From the NCBI GenBank assembly GCA_034530615.2, contig JAVRCV020000079.1, positions 32,001 through 96,000 on the forward strand: a stretch of DNA of 64,000 bases. The letters are read 5' to 3'. The notes under the pieces were generated by a model, which saw only the letters and a program-made list of their open reading frames with translations, was not told the origin of the DNA and did not search any database. A program made the translations under genes and the position numbers. This document shows, piece after piece, positions 53,935-63,752 of this stretch (position 1 is the first letter of the stretch; each line of letters begins with the position of its first letter). The stretch comes from Aulosira sp. ZfuVER01. Lineage in GTDB: Bacteria > Cyanobacteriota > Cyanobacteriia > Cyanobacteriales > Nostocaceae.

Positions 53935-54165
53935 CTCATCCATAGAGAACCTCAACCCATTCACAACCAACGAGATCGGGTTGTCTATCAACGAGTACTC
54001 ATCCATAGAGAACGCGATCGCATTCACAACCAACGAGATCGGGTTGTCTATCAACGAGTACTCATCCATAGAGAACGCGATCGCATTCACAACCAACGAG
54101 ATCGAGTTGTCTATCAACGAGTACTCATTCACACACAACCAGATCTCATTCGTAACCAACGAGTT
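53935..54165. repeat. Tandem 63-bp repeat (3 full copies plus a partial), built from 21-bp subunits
   Basis: Units start at 53935, 53998, 54061, 54124. Confidence 0.92.
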
Positions 54166-54296
54166 GATTTTCTGTGCAGAGAGGTTACACCAGGCGATGC
54201 AAAGTTGCGCTAATTCAAGCAGGGAAACCTCAAAGGTAGCATTGCCTACTATACCCTGGTTGTGGTGGGCATTGCCCACCCTACTTAAGTTGACTT

Positions 54297-55796
54297 TCAA
54301 TGTACGAGTGAGAATCGGGCTAGTGTTTCTTTTGCGCCAAACTCATACAATCGGCGTAAATGGTTGCTAACTGCATCAACAAAAGGCGGTGACTGCGATA
54401 AATCGCCAAAAATCTCAGTCAGGTTGAGCAATGGTTTGGCATCAGAACTACTGGTACGAGCAAGTTGCGTGAGAGTTCCAGCTATTGGATCGTCAATGGG
54501 AATGGGGTTCCCTTTGTCATCGTTGGCGTTGAGGTAACGGAACCAAGCTGCAACTGTTAAGCTCATGTATTCAATTGCTCCTTTTTGCCGCAGTGCGTCA
54601 CGGACTGAGCCTAAAACAAATTTTGGCATTTTGGCGGAGCTATTGAGGCAAAGCCGCGGGAGTTGATCGCGGATCTTGGGATTGGCAAAGCGTTCTATTA
54701 AGGTCTGTTTGTAATTATCTAAGTCAATTCCTGGTACGGGTTGGAGTGTTGGCGTAACTTCTGCCATCAAATTCTCGACGGCTTGTCTAATCATGGGATC
54801 GCCCATGACTTCATGGACGTAAGTGTAACCTGCTAACGTTCCCAGATAGCCAATTAACAGGTGACTGGCGTTGAGTAGCCGGATTTTCATCATTTCATAG
54901 GGATGAACATCGTTGGTCATCTGCACGCCAACGTCTTCCCAATCTGGTCTACCCGCACAGAATTCGTCTTCGACTACCCACTGAAGAAATGGTTCGGCCA
55001 CAACAGGAAAGGCATCATCGATTTTAAACTGTTCTGCCACCATTTTGATATCGTCTGGAGTTGTGGCGGGAGTAATGCGATCGACCATGCAGTTGGGGAA
55101 GGTAACATGGTCAGCAATCCAACGTCTCAATTCTGGATCGCGCATCTCTGCATAAGCAGTTAACATTTCGTGGGCAATGTTGCCATTGCCTTGCAAGTTG
55201 TCGCAGGATAATACGGTAAACGGTGCTAGTCCTTGTTGACGGCGGCGATCGAGGGCTGCTGTCAAAAAGCCATATACGCCAATTGGCTGGTCGGGATTTT
55301 GTAAATCGTACTGAATTGTGGGGTGATTGGCATCGAATTCACCGCTACCTTCAATATAGTAGTAGCCACCTTCGGTAATGGTGAGGGTGACGATGCGACA
55401 TTTAGGATCTGCTAAAGCGTCAATCACTGCTTGGCGGTTATCTGGAGCAAAGAGATATTTTGTAATTGCACCAATGACACGCGCGCGATCGCCTTTTGGG
55501 GATCTCTCAACTAAAGTATACAAACAATCTTGAGAATTCAGTGCATCCCGCATTCGTTTGTCGAATTCCAGTAGCCCTACCCCGGTGATTCCCCAATCGC
55601 TGCCGGGATGCTGATGAAAGTAGTTGTCGAGATATAATGCCTGGTGTGCCCGATGAAACCCACCCACACCGATATGGACAATGCCGTTAGTAATTTGGTG
55701 GCGATTGTACTGAGGTACGCGAACGTTACTGGCTAAACGAGACAAAGATGTCTCATTCAGCTTGATTACTGATTCTGCGCTGATATTGCTGTTCAT
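54297..55796 (-). CDS. Mannitol 2-dehydrogenase family (mannitol/arabitol DH)
   Basis: IVHIGVGGFHRAHQA, LTITEGGY, LSCDN, MVDRITP, KIRLLNASH, RFANP. Confidence 0.92.
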   Translation of the reverse strand: MNSNISAESVIKLNETSLSRLASNVRVPQYNRHQITNGIVHIGVGGFHRAHQALYLDNYFHQHPGSDWGITGVGLLEFDKRMRDALNSQDCLYTLVERSPKGDRARVIGAITKYLFAPDNRQAVIDALADPKCRIVTLTITEGGYYYIEGSGEFDANHPTIQYDLQNPDQPIGVYGFLTAALDRRRQQGLAPFTVLSCDNLQGNGNIAHEMLTAYAEMRDPELRRWIADHVTFPNCMVDRITPATTPDDIKMVAEQFKIDDAFPVVAEPFLQWVVEDEFCAGRPDWEDVGVQMTNDVHPYEMMKIRLLNASHLLIGYLGTLAGYTYVHEVMGDPMIRQAVENLMAEVTPTLQPVPGIDLDNYKQTLIERFANPKIRDQLPRLCLNSSAKMPKFVLGSVRDALRQKGAIEYMSLTVAAWFRYLNANDDKGNPIPIDDPIAGTLTQLARTSSSDAKPLLNLTEIFGDLSQSPPFVDAVSNHLRRLYEFGAKETLARFSLVH

Positions 55797-56910
55797 GGGA
55801 TTTATTCAGGGTTAGGTGATGACGATGAGCTTTGGGAATAGCTTCACCAGTTTGATCGAACAAATGGCAAAGCTCGCCGTTAATGGAAATAGGGACAAAA
55901 TCGTGCAATTGGACGGGATCATCTCCGTGTGTTTGCACAATCATGGTTTCACCACCGACAATTCTGATGTAGAGATAGGTTTCACCACCCAGTCGTTCTA
56001 CAACTAACACTTCGCCATTGATGCTGGGGTTATTAGCATCCAGCCGCAGATGTTCGGGACGAATTCCTAATGTTGCGCGATCGCCAACCGACAGGGCTTT
56101 GGGCTGCACGGGAATCATCACAGTTGCGTCACCTGGTAGCCTAACTGTTGTCCCAGAGTCATTGACGGCTGACACCGTAACGGGGATAAAGTTCATTTTG
56201 GGCGAACCAATAAATCCGGCGACGAAGAGATTGCGAGGATGGTGGTAAAGTTCTAGGGGAGAACCCATTTGTTCAATGATACCGCCCTGCAACACCACAA
56301 TTTTATCGGCAAGGGTCATTGCTTCAACTTGGTCATGGGTGACGTAAATCATCGTGGCTTGCAGGCTGTCGTGTAAACTAGCAAGTTCAATCCGCATCTG
56401 CACCCGCAAAGAAGCATCCAGGTTAGACAGCGGCTCATCAAACAAAAATACTTTGGGATTCCGCACCAAAGCGCGACCAATCGCCACCCGTTGGCGTTGT
56501 CCTCCCGATAGGTCTTTGGGCTTGCGGTTCAAGAGTGGCTCTAATTGCAGGATGCGAGCAACTTCCCGCGCCCTTTCCAAGCGTTGAGCTTTCTGCATCC
56601 CCGCAAGCCGGAGGCTAAAAGCCATATTTTCCGCTACAGTCATGTGAGGATATAAGGCGTAGGTTTGAAACACCATTGCCAATCCGCGTTTGTCGGGGGG
56701 TACATCGTTGACTTTCTGCCCATCAATGAGCAAATCGCCAGCGGAAATTTCTTCGAGTCCAGCTATCATGCGGAGTAGGGTGGATTTACCGCAACCGGAG
56801 GGGCCGACGAAGACAACAAACTCGCGATCGTTAATATCGAGATCTATGCCTTTGATGATCTCTGTGTCGGCGTAGGTTTTATGGATATCTCTTAAAGCAA
56901 CTGTTGACAT
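55753..56910 (-). CDS. smoK: Polyol/sugar ABC transporter ATP-binding protein (SmoK-like)
   Basis: GPSGCGKST, LSGGQRQR, DEPLSNLD, YVTHDQ. Confidence 0.92.
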   Translation of the reverse strand: MSTVALRDIHKTYADTEIIKGIDLDINDREFVVFVGPSGCGKSTLLRMIAGLEEISAGDLLIDGQKVNDVPPDKRGLAMVFQTYALYPHMTVAENMAFSLRLAGMQKAQRLERAREVARILQLEPLLNRKPKDLSGGQRQRVAIGRALVRNPKVFLFDEPLSNLDASLRVQMRIELASLHDSLQATMIYVTHDQVEAMTLADKIVVLQGGIIEQMGSPLELYHHPRNLFVAGFIGSPKMNFIPVTVSAVNDSGTTVRLPGDATVMIPVQPKALSVGDRATLGIRPEHLRLDANNPSINGEVLVVERLGGETYLYIRIVGGETMIVQTHGDDPVQLHDFVPISINGELCHLFDQTGEAIPKAHRHHLTLNKSHEQQYQRRISNQAE

Positions 56911-57086
56911 AAAATGTTTCTCTTAAGGGGTTGAAGAAAATGAATTTTCACGCAGAGTCGCAGAGTCGCAGAGAGGAGTGCAAGAGTTTTTTCTCATTCC
57001 TTCTGCCCTTCGGGTTCGCCACTTGCTTTATGCCGGGGAACCCGTCCACCGCAGTGGCTCACCATCTGCCTCCTGCCTCCTGCCTT

Positions 57087-57908
57087 CTACTTCACTGCAC
57101 CAAAGGTTAAACCTCTGACTAGTTGTCGTTGACTTAGCCATCCGAAGATGAGGATGGGTGCGATCGCAAGTGTTGATGCTGCTGAAAGTTTTGCCCAAAA
57201 TAATCCTTGGGGGCTGGAAAATGAAGCAATAAAGGCTGTAAGCGGGGCGGCATCTGCTGTTGTTAAGTTGAGGCTCCAAAATGCTTCGTTCCAGGACAAG
57301 ATAATTGAGAGTAAAGCGGTGGAGGCAATTCCAGGTAATGCGAGTGGGAGCAAGACGTGAAGGAGTTCTTGCTGTGTGGTTGCGCCATCCATGCGATCGG
57401 CTTCAAGAATATCTTTTGGCACTTCTTTGAAGAAGCTGTAGATCATCCAGACGACAATCGGCAAGTTAATTAAGGTATAAATAATAATCAAACCGATGCG
57501 GGTATCTAATAACCCGGCGTTGCGGCACAAAATGTAAATGGGAACGAGTACGCCAACGGGTGGCAGCATTTTGGTAGAAAGCATCCACAGCAGAGTTCCC
57601 TTGGTGCGTTTGGTGGGGAAGAACGCCATTGCATAAGCAGCAGGTACAGCAAGCAGTAATGCAAGTATGGTGGCTCCAAGGGAAACTGCTACGCTATTAA
57701 ACGCATAATTGAAATAATTTGCCCGGTCTTGGATGGTGACATAGTTTTCTAATGTCGGGTGGAAAAATAACTGTGGGGGTGTGGAAACTGCCGCGACTTC
57801 GGTTTTAAAACTGGTGATAAACATCCAGAAGATGGGGAAAAATAACAAGACAGCGGTGAGCCAACCCAGTAAAGTCCATAGCCAAAGCTTCGAGTTTTTA
57901 CGTGCCAT
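57087..57908 (-). CDS. smoG: Polyol ABC permease (SmoG-like)
   Basis: WMLSTKMLPPVG, EAA-like loop, GLFWAKLSAAS, RGLTFGAVK. Confidence 0.88.
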   Translation of the reverse strand: MARKNSKLWLWTLLGWLTAVLLFFPIFWMFITSFKTEVAAVSTPPQLFFHPTLENYVTIQDRANYFNYAFNSVAVSLGATILALLLAVPAAYAMAFFPTKRTKGTLLWMLSTKMLPPVGVLVPIYILCRNAGLLDTRIGLIIIYTLINLPIVVWMIYSFFKEVPKDILEADRMDGATTQQELLHVLLPLALPGIASTALLSIILSWNEAFWSLNLTTADAAPLTAFIASFSSPQGLFWAKLSAASTLAIAPILIFGWLSQRQLVRGLTFGAVK

Positions 57909-57909
57909 G

Positions 57910-58833
57910 TTAGGTATCCAAATTACGAGCAACACTACGCATCAAGAAGATTGCCACGACGTTGGCAAGGATGACGGCAATTAATCCACCGGCTGAGGCA
58001 CCACCAACATCAAATTCCAGCAAGGCTTTGAGGAAGATGTAATAGGCGAGGTTAGTAGTTGCAAGTCCTGGCCCGCCGCCTGTGGTGACGAAGATTTCTG
58101 CAAAGATGGTGAGGAAGAAAATCGTCTCAATCATGGCGACCACGGAAATGGCGCGGCTCAGATGCGGTAGCATGACGAAACGAAATAGAGCGATCGCATT
58201 TGCCCCATCCATTCGCGCTGCTTCTAATTGATCGCGATCGAGTGACTGAATGGCTGTTAATAAAATCAGCAATGCAAAAGGCAGCCATTCCCAGGAAACA
58301 ATGATGATAATCGCCAGCAACGGAACGCTAGCAAACCAATCAATTGCCCCCAAACCCAAACCCCTGGTAATTTGCGCGAACAGCCCATTCACCGGATGCA
58401 TCAGCATATTTTTCCAGATGAGGGCGCTAACTGTAGGCATCACAAAAAACGGCGAGATTGCCAGCACCCGCGCCACTCCGCGCCCATAAAAATCTTGGTC
58501 AAATAGTACTGCTAGTAATGTACCCAGCCCAATTGTGATTACCAGAACCGAAACAACCAAAATAATTGTGATTGCGATCGAAGTCCATAAAGCTGAGTCA
58601 GTCAGGATGAAAGTAAAATTTTCAATCCCGATAAATTTGCGTGCCTGTGGATTCAGCAAGTTATACCGCTGAAAAGAAAACCATAGCGTCATTACCAGAG
58701 GCACAATCATCCACAGCAACAGGACAACGACCGAAGGTGCAACCAGAGGTAAGGTTGAAGCTTGCCGCTTAGTTCGTTGCCTCGCGGGTGGTGGCGTTTC
58801 CTGTTGAGGTTTTACCGCTAATGAAGAAGACAT
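57910..58833 (-). CDS. smoF: Polyol ABC permease (SmoF-like)
   Basis: WMIVPL, PFFVMPTVSALIWKN, EAARMDGA, GGASAGG. Confidence 0.88.
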   Translation of the reverse strand: MSSSLAVKPQQETPPPARQRTKRQASTLPLVAPSVVVLLLWMIVPLVMTLWFSFQRYNLLNPQARKFIGIENFTFILTDSALWTSIAITIILVVSVLVITIGLGTLLAVLFDQDFYGRGVARVLAISPFFVMPTVSALIWKNMLMHPVNGLFAQITRGLGLGAIDWFASVPLLAIIIIVSWEWLPFALLILLTAIQSLDRDQLEAARMDGANAIALFRFVMLPHLSRAISVVAMIETIFFLTIFAEIFVTTGGGPGLATTNLAYYIFLKALLEFDVGGASAGGLIAVILANVVAIFLMRSVARNLDT

Positions 58834-58963
58834 AATATCAATTCAAAATTCAAAATTCAAAATGACAGCACTTGCAAAAAATCTCTCTAAAACTCTCTTC
58901 TCTTCGTGTCCTTTGCGTCCTTTGCGGTTCGTTGTAATTCTCTTCCCATGCCCAATGCCCATT

Positions 58964-60310
58964 TCACTCGATATAACCCGTATGTTTCATAAAGCGTTCA
59001 GTCGATCTCTGCGATCGCACCAACGCCTGATCTACTGAAGTACGATTAGTTAATGCTGCTGCTAAAGTCTGGCCTACTGAAGTTCCAATCGCCTGAAATT
59101 CTGGAATATCTACATATTGAACTCCCTTATACGGAGTTGGTTCTGCGGATGGACGGGTAACATCGGCAGATTGAATTGCCCTCAACACGATTGGAGCAAA
59201 AGGAGCAGCTTTTTGATAGTTAGGATTTTGATATGTGGAAGTCCGAGTTCCTGGTGGAACAGCAACCCAGCTATTTTCCTTCGCAACTAGTTGGATATAT
59301 TCTTTTGATGTTGCCCAAGCTACAAACTTTTGCGCTGCTTCCGGTGATTTTGATGTTTTTGGAACTGCTAACGCCCAAGCCCAAAGCCAATTTGAGCCGT
59401 TAGGATATTTTTCAATTGGCGCACGGGCAAAGCCAACTTTGTCATAAACTCGGGATTCTTTCGGATTAGATAATAACCCCGCAGCAACGGTTGCATCTAC
59501 CCACATCCCGCATTTACCTGTGGAGAATAAGGCTAGATTCTCATTAAATCCATTGGAACTGGCTCCTGGCGGCCCATATTTTTGCAGCAAATCAACATAA
59601 AAGGCGATCGCTTCTTTCCAAGCTGGAGTATTAATTGTTGGTTGCCACTTCATGTCAAACCACCGTCCGCCATAAGTGTTAACCAGTGTGGAAACAAATG
59701 CCATGTTTTCACCCCAACCAGGTTTTCCCCGCAAGCAAACTCCGTAAACCCCTTTTGCTGGATTATGAATTTTGCTTGCCCATTCTCTCATTTGGGGATA
59801 AGTTGGCTGTTCGGGAACTGTAATTCCGGCTTTGTCAAACAAGTCTTTGCGGTAGTACAGCATAGAACTTTCTCCATAAAATGGTACGGCATACAGTTTG
59901 CCGTTATGAGAAAGCCCTTCCCGTATAGGTTTGAGCAAATCGTTTACATCGTAGTCTGCGCCAAGATCCAACGGTCTCAACCAATCCCGCCTAGCCCAAA
60001 TTGGTGTTTCATAGGAACCAATCGTCAGCACATCGAATTGCCCACCTTGACTGGCAACATCTGTGGTTGTGCGTTGGCGCAAGACATTTTCTTCAAGCAC
60101 CACCCACCGGAGTTGAATATCACGGTTGGCTTCCTCGAACTTGCGGGAAAGCCCCTGCATAACTACCATGTCGCCGTTATTCACAGTAGCGATCGTCAGC
60201 GTAGTTTTCTCTGCGGCTTGAGAGCGAGGTGCACAAGCGTGTAGCAGTTGCGTCAGCATCACTCCTGCGAGAAATGCCGCCAGTACTTTAGCGAAGCGGG
60301 GAATACGCAT
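58964..60310 (-). CDS. smoE: Polyol ABC substrate-binding lipoprotein (SmoE-like)
   Basis: Lipobox LHAC; TIATVNNGDM, LEENVLRQR, PFYGESS, CLRGKPGWGEN. Confidence 0.9.
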   Translation of the reverse strand: MRIPRFAKVLAAFLAGVMLTQLLHACAPRSQAAEKTTLTIATVNNGDMVVMQGLSRKFEEANRDIQLRWVVLEENVLRQRTTTDVASQGGQFDVLTIGSYETPIWARRDWLRPLDLGADYDVNDLLKPIREGLSHNGKLYAVPFYGESSMLYYRKDLFDKAGITVPEQPTYPQMREWASKIHNPAKGVYGVCLRGKPGWGENMAFVSTLVNTYGGRWFDMKWQPTINTPAWKEAIAFYVDLLQKYGPPGASSNGFNENLALFSTGKCGMWVDATVAAGLLSNPKESRVYDKVGFARAPIEKYPNGSNWLWAWALAVPKTSKSPEAAQKFVAWATSKEYIQLVAKENSWVAVPPGTRTSTYQNPNYQKAAPFAPIVLRAIQSADVTRPSAEPTPYKGVQYVDIPEFQAIGTSVGQTLAAALTNRTSVDQALVRSQRSTERFMKHTGYIE

Positions 60311-60352
60311 CGCATTACTCCTTTGATGTGAAATATCGAACGGAGAAAAGTT

Positions 60353-60387
60353 TTGATTTTATGCTCTAACTTTGAGTAAAAGCTCAA
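60353..60387. promoter_or_regulatory. Putative SorC-family tandem operator 1
   Basis: TTGATTTTATGCTCTA-ACT-TTGAGTAAAAGCTCAA in the divergent promoter region. Confidence 0.6.
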
Positions 60388-60484
60388 TAATAGAATCATA
60401 CCAACCACACTTCACTGACGGGCATTTGCAACAATTCTTCAATTAATCAATCTCCAATCCAAAATTTTTGAAGAGGTGGAAATT

Positions 60485-61288
60485 ATGACTGCAACAGCAA
60501 CCTATGAATTTGCAGGTAAAACTATCCTAATTACAGGCGGTGCGGGCGATATTGGCAAGGGAACTGCACACCGTTTTGCCGCCAATGGTGCAGGTGTAGC
60601 CTTGCTAGATTTAAATGAACCGAAAATGGCAGAAGTGGCTGAGGAATTGAAAAGTTACAATGTTCCTGTCGGCACATTTGTCTGTGATGTTACAGATGCT
60701 GATGATGTTGCCAAAGCTTTTACTAGTGCAGTGAAACAGCTGGAGCGGATTGACTATATATTTAATAACGCTGGTTATCAAGGTGCGTTTGCCAAAACAG
60801 ACCAATATCCTAAAGATGACTTTGAAAAGGTGATTAATATTAACGTTGTCGGCGTTTTCCACGTTCTTAAAGCGGCTGCACAATATTTGATTGATGCGGG
60901 TGGAGGTGCGATCGTGAATATGGCAAGTTATGCAGGGGTAGTGGGGCCGCCAAATATGTTGGCTTATGGTGCTTCCAAGTTTGCGGTGATTGGCATGACT
61001 CAGACAGCAGCGAAAGATTTAGCACCTTACAATATCCGGGTAAATGCGCTTTCGCCTGCGCTGATTGGCCCTGGTTTTATGTGGACTCGGCAAACAGAAT
61101 TGCAAGCCGCAGTAGGTTCTCAGTACTTTGATTCTAACCCCAAGGTAGTGGAGCGACAGATGATTAATTCAGTGCCGATGCGGCGTTTAGGAACTTTAGA
61201 AGAAGTGGCGAATGGGGTAGCATTTCTGATGAGTGATGAGGCAAGCTACATAACTGGGTTTAACTTGGAGGTGACTGGTGGTGAATAG
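60485..61288 (+). CDS. SDR polyol dehydrogenase, xylitol dehydrogenase-like
   Basis: TGGAGDIG, NNAGYQGAF, GPPNMLAYGASK, GPGFMWTRQTELQA..GSQYF; matches recalled Gluconobacter-type xylitol DH signatures. Confidence 0.85.
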   Translation: MTATATYEFAGKTILITGGAGDIGKGTAHRFAANGAGVALLDLNEPKMAEVAEELKSYNVPVGTFVCDVTDADDVAKAFTSAVKQLERIDYIFNNAGYQGAFAKTDQYPKDDFEKVININVVGVFHVLKAAAQYLIDAGGGAIVNMASYAGVVGPPNMLAYGASKFAVIGMTQTAAKDLAPYNIRVNALSPALIGPGFMWTRQTELQAAVGSQYFDSNPKVVERQMINSVPMRRLGTLEEVANGVAFLMSDEASYITGFNLEVTGGE

Positions 61289-61301
61289 AGATTTCTAGTT
61301 A

Positions 61302-61336
61302 TTGAGCAAAAGTTATAACTTTGGGCATATACTCAA
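61302..61336. promoter_or_regulatory. Putative SorC-family tandem operator 2
   Basis: TTGAGCAAAAGTTATA-ACT-TTGGGCATATACTCAA upstream of the regulator gene. Confidence 0.6.
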
Positions 61337-61385
61337 AATGATGCGATCGCTCTTTTGATAGGGACATAGTTTTTAAAGGTGGGAT

Positions 61386-62357
61386 ATGGGAGAAGCTTTC
61401 TTGGATCGAAGAGATCGCAAGTTGGATTTAGCTGCTCATGCTGCTTGGCTGTATTACATCGCCGGTAATACACAAGAGGAGATTGCAGCCAAGCTTAATG
61501 TATCCCGGCAAGCGGCACAACGTTTAGTTGCACTGGCGGTTAGTGAAAAATTAATCAAATTTCGGCTCGATCATCCCCTAAGTGAATGTATTGCGCTGGC
61601 TGAGTCGTTACGCGACAAGTTTGAGCTATCGCTTTGTGAAGTGGTGCCAACTGACGCAGGCAGCGGTGATACACTCAATGGTATTGGTGTATGTGCTGCC
61701 ACCCACCTAGAAGCTTACTTGATGGCGAAAACTCCCACCATACTCGCTTTATCCTCCGGTCGCACATTACGAGCAATGGTGGAGCAAATCCCCTCAATGA
61801 ACCAACCCCAGCATAAAATTGTTTCCATAATTGGGAATATGTCCCACTATGGGCGTGCTGGTCGCCACGAAGTTGTCATGCATTTATCCGATCGCGTCGG
61901 TTCTCAAGCTTACCCAGTACCGACTCCGGTTGTGGCGACTAGCATTGAAGAACGAGAACTTTTGCAGACACAGCGATCGTTTATCGTTGTCAAGACTCTT
62001 GCAGAGCAAGCCAAAGCAACGTTTGTGGGAATTAGCCATATTGCCTGGAATGCTCCATTACATCAAGATGGCTTTATCAATGACGATGAAGTAGCGGAAT
62101 TGATTGAACTAGGGGCAGTAGGAGAAATTGCGGGTTGGGCTTACGATGCTCAGGGAGTGTTACTTCAAAAAGGAACGAACAACCGAGTTGCTAGCGTACC
62201 CCTTGAACAACCTGTGCACCGACTAATGATTGGTGTAGCAGGTGGCGAGAAAAAGGCGGAGGCGATTCTGGCTGCGCTGCGTGGCAAGTTAATTAACGCA
62301 CTGATTACTGATGAAGCCGCTGCCCAAGGGATTCTTGCTAAAATCGCTTTAAGCTAG
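61386..62357 (+). CDS. SorC/DeoR-type sugar-binding transcriptional regulator (SmoC-like)
   Basis: AAWLYYIAGNTQEEIAAKLNVSRQAAQRLV HTH; GAVGEI; LITDE. Confidence 0.92.
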   Translation: MGEAFLDRRDRKLDLAAHAAWLYYIAGNTQEEIAAKLNVSRQAAQRLVALAVSEKLIKFRLDHPLSECIALAESLRDKFELSLCEVVPTDAGSGDTLNGIGVCAATHLEAYLMAKTPTILALSSGRTLRAMVEQIPSMNQPQHKIVSIIGNMSHYGRAGRHEVVMHLSDRVGSQAYPVPTPVVATSIEERELLQTQRSFIVVKTLAEQAKATFVGISHIAWNAPLHQDGFINDDEVAELIELGAVGEIAGWAYDAQGVLLQKGTNNRVASVPLEQPVHRLMIGVAGGEKKAEAILAALRGKLINALITDEAAAQGILAKIALS

Positions 62358-62507
62358 AGAAAATTTTAAAATATCAATATAAATAAGTATTAAGCTGTGC
62401 TTTCTGCAAACATATAAAAGTTTACCAAGCTCTGCTTTTATTTCCGAGGAGAGGTTTATAAAATCAGTATGCAAACAAATACTGATTTTTAAGTTTGGCT
62501 TATAAAG

Positions 62508-63083
62508 ATGTCAACACAGCCTTTCGATCCCACAAAATATTACCCATCTTATATCAATCCCAATCCTCAATTGACACCTGAGCAGTTTCACCAGATCCAG
62601 AATTCTTGGCAGCTGGTTAAAAATGGTCAATTTGATGCTTTTAAACAACAACAGTTGATTTCCGACTCATTAGGTTTTTGGGGGCTAGAGTTTTACGAAA
62701 CACTTTTTGAACTCGATCCAGCCCTAAAACCGATGTTCAAAAACAAGTTTAATCAAAGTCGAATGCTGACGCAGATGGTTGATGCTGCCTTGGGTTTGTT
62801 ACCCGGTACCATAGATCCAGTTTTGGGTGAAGAGAAAACAGAAATAGACCCTAAACTTATACCTATACTAGTAGACTTGGCATCAAAGCACGTTTCTTAT
62901 AACGTCAAAGCAGGTCATTATCATATTGTAGGTTTGGCACTTGTAACTACTTTACAAAAAACATTAGGAAACAATTTTGATGAGGAAACTAAGGCTGCGT
63001 GGGTAGAGCTTTGGTCTTTGATGTGTACGGTGATGATTCCCGAACATATAAAGAAAGCTCAGGAATTAGAGGTAGAAGTGTAA
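62508..63083 (+). CDS. Single-domain globin (3/3 fold, Vitreoscilla/flavohaemoglobin-like)
   Basis: EFYETLFELDPALKPMF, LASKHVSY, HYHIVGLALV, KAAW. Confidence 0.85.
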   Translation: MSTQPFDPTKYYPSYINPNPQLTPEQFHQIQNSWQLVKNGQFDAFKQQQLISDSLGFWGLEFYETLFELDPALKPMFKNKFNQSRMLTQMVDAALGLLPGTIDPVLGEEKTEIDPKLIPILVDLASKHVSYNVKAGHYHIVGLALVTTLQKTLGNNFDEETKAAWVELWSLMCTVMIPEHIKKAQELEVEV

Positions 63084-63335
63084 GTTTTGGCTTTGAAGAA
63101 TTTCCACGGTTCAAGGATTTAAAATTTACTGCGATCGCGTTAGTGAATCAAGCAATTGTCAGGACTCAAAATTTCTTTGACAATATACAAGATTACTTTG
63201 AGAAGCTCGTGGTAGCAAATAACAAGTCTGCTGCTCTAGAACGGATCTATGCTATGGTTGAAATGCGAAAGTTGCTTGTGTCTGATAGGCGAGAATTTTA
63301 CTAGGTAAAAACATCAATTTGGCTGATTGTCCCCG

Positions 63336-63752
63336 ATGTCCGCAAGAGATACGTTTCATGCACTTGTTAGGAATGCCCTTGAAAATGAAGGGTGGGTAAT
63401 TACTCACGATCCGTATCACATTGATTTAGGGTTTGTTGATTTTTACATCGACTTAGGTGCAGAGCATCTGCTAGCAGCAACAAAAGATAATCAAAAGATT
63501 GCAGTTGAAATCAAAACATTCTTGGCAGCTTCAACAATTTCTGAGTTCCATACGGCAATTGGACAATTTATTAACTACCGCATTGCTTTGGAAGATGACG
63601 ATCCAGAACGGCGGTTGTATTTGGCAGTTCCTCTCGACGTTTACAAGCGATTTTTTCGATATCCATTTATTCAAACAGTTATTCGCCGTAACCAAATTCC
63701 GCTTTTGGTGTACGACACAGAAAAACAGGAGATTGCAGAATGGATAAGCTAA
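63336..63752 (+). CDS. xisH: XisH family protein
   Basis: MSARDTFH...GWVITHDP...IDLGAE...IAVEIKTF...FHTAIGQFINYR. Confidence 0.95.
   Translation: MSARDTFHALVRNALENEGWVITHDPYHIDLGFVDFYIDLGAEHLLAATKDNQKIAVEIKTFLAASTISEFHTAIGQFINYRIALEDDDPERRLYLAVPLDVYKRFFRYPFIQTVIRRNQIPLLVYDTEKQEIAEWIS

Larger units (their letters stand above)
1114..63138. repeat. HIP1 octamer GCGATCGC dispersed through the window
   Basis: Dozens of copies in coding and non-coding DNA, e.g. 1114, 14040, 53740, 63131. Confidence 0.95.

Noticed and set aside
53935..54165. CRISPR array or real CDS (ORFs 53890, 53902, 53981)
   Set aside because: No spacers; the ORFs are open only because the repeat period is a multiple of 3, and no RBS or domain is evident
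59582..60244. 220-aa plus-strand ORF
   Set aside because: Antisense to the substrate-binding protein, with no recognisable motifs
62999..63304. 101-aa ORF between the globin and xisH
   Set aside because: Start overlaps the globin out of frame and there are no motifs; at most a remnant
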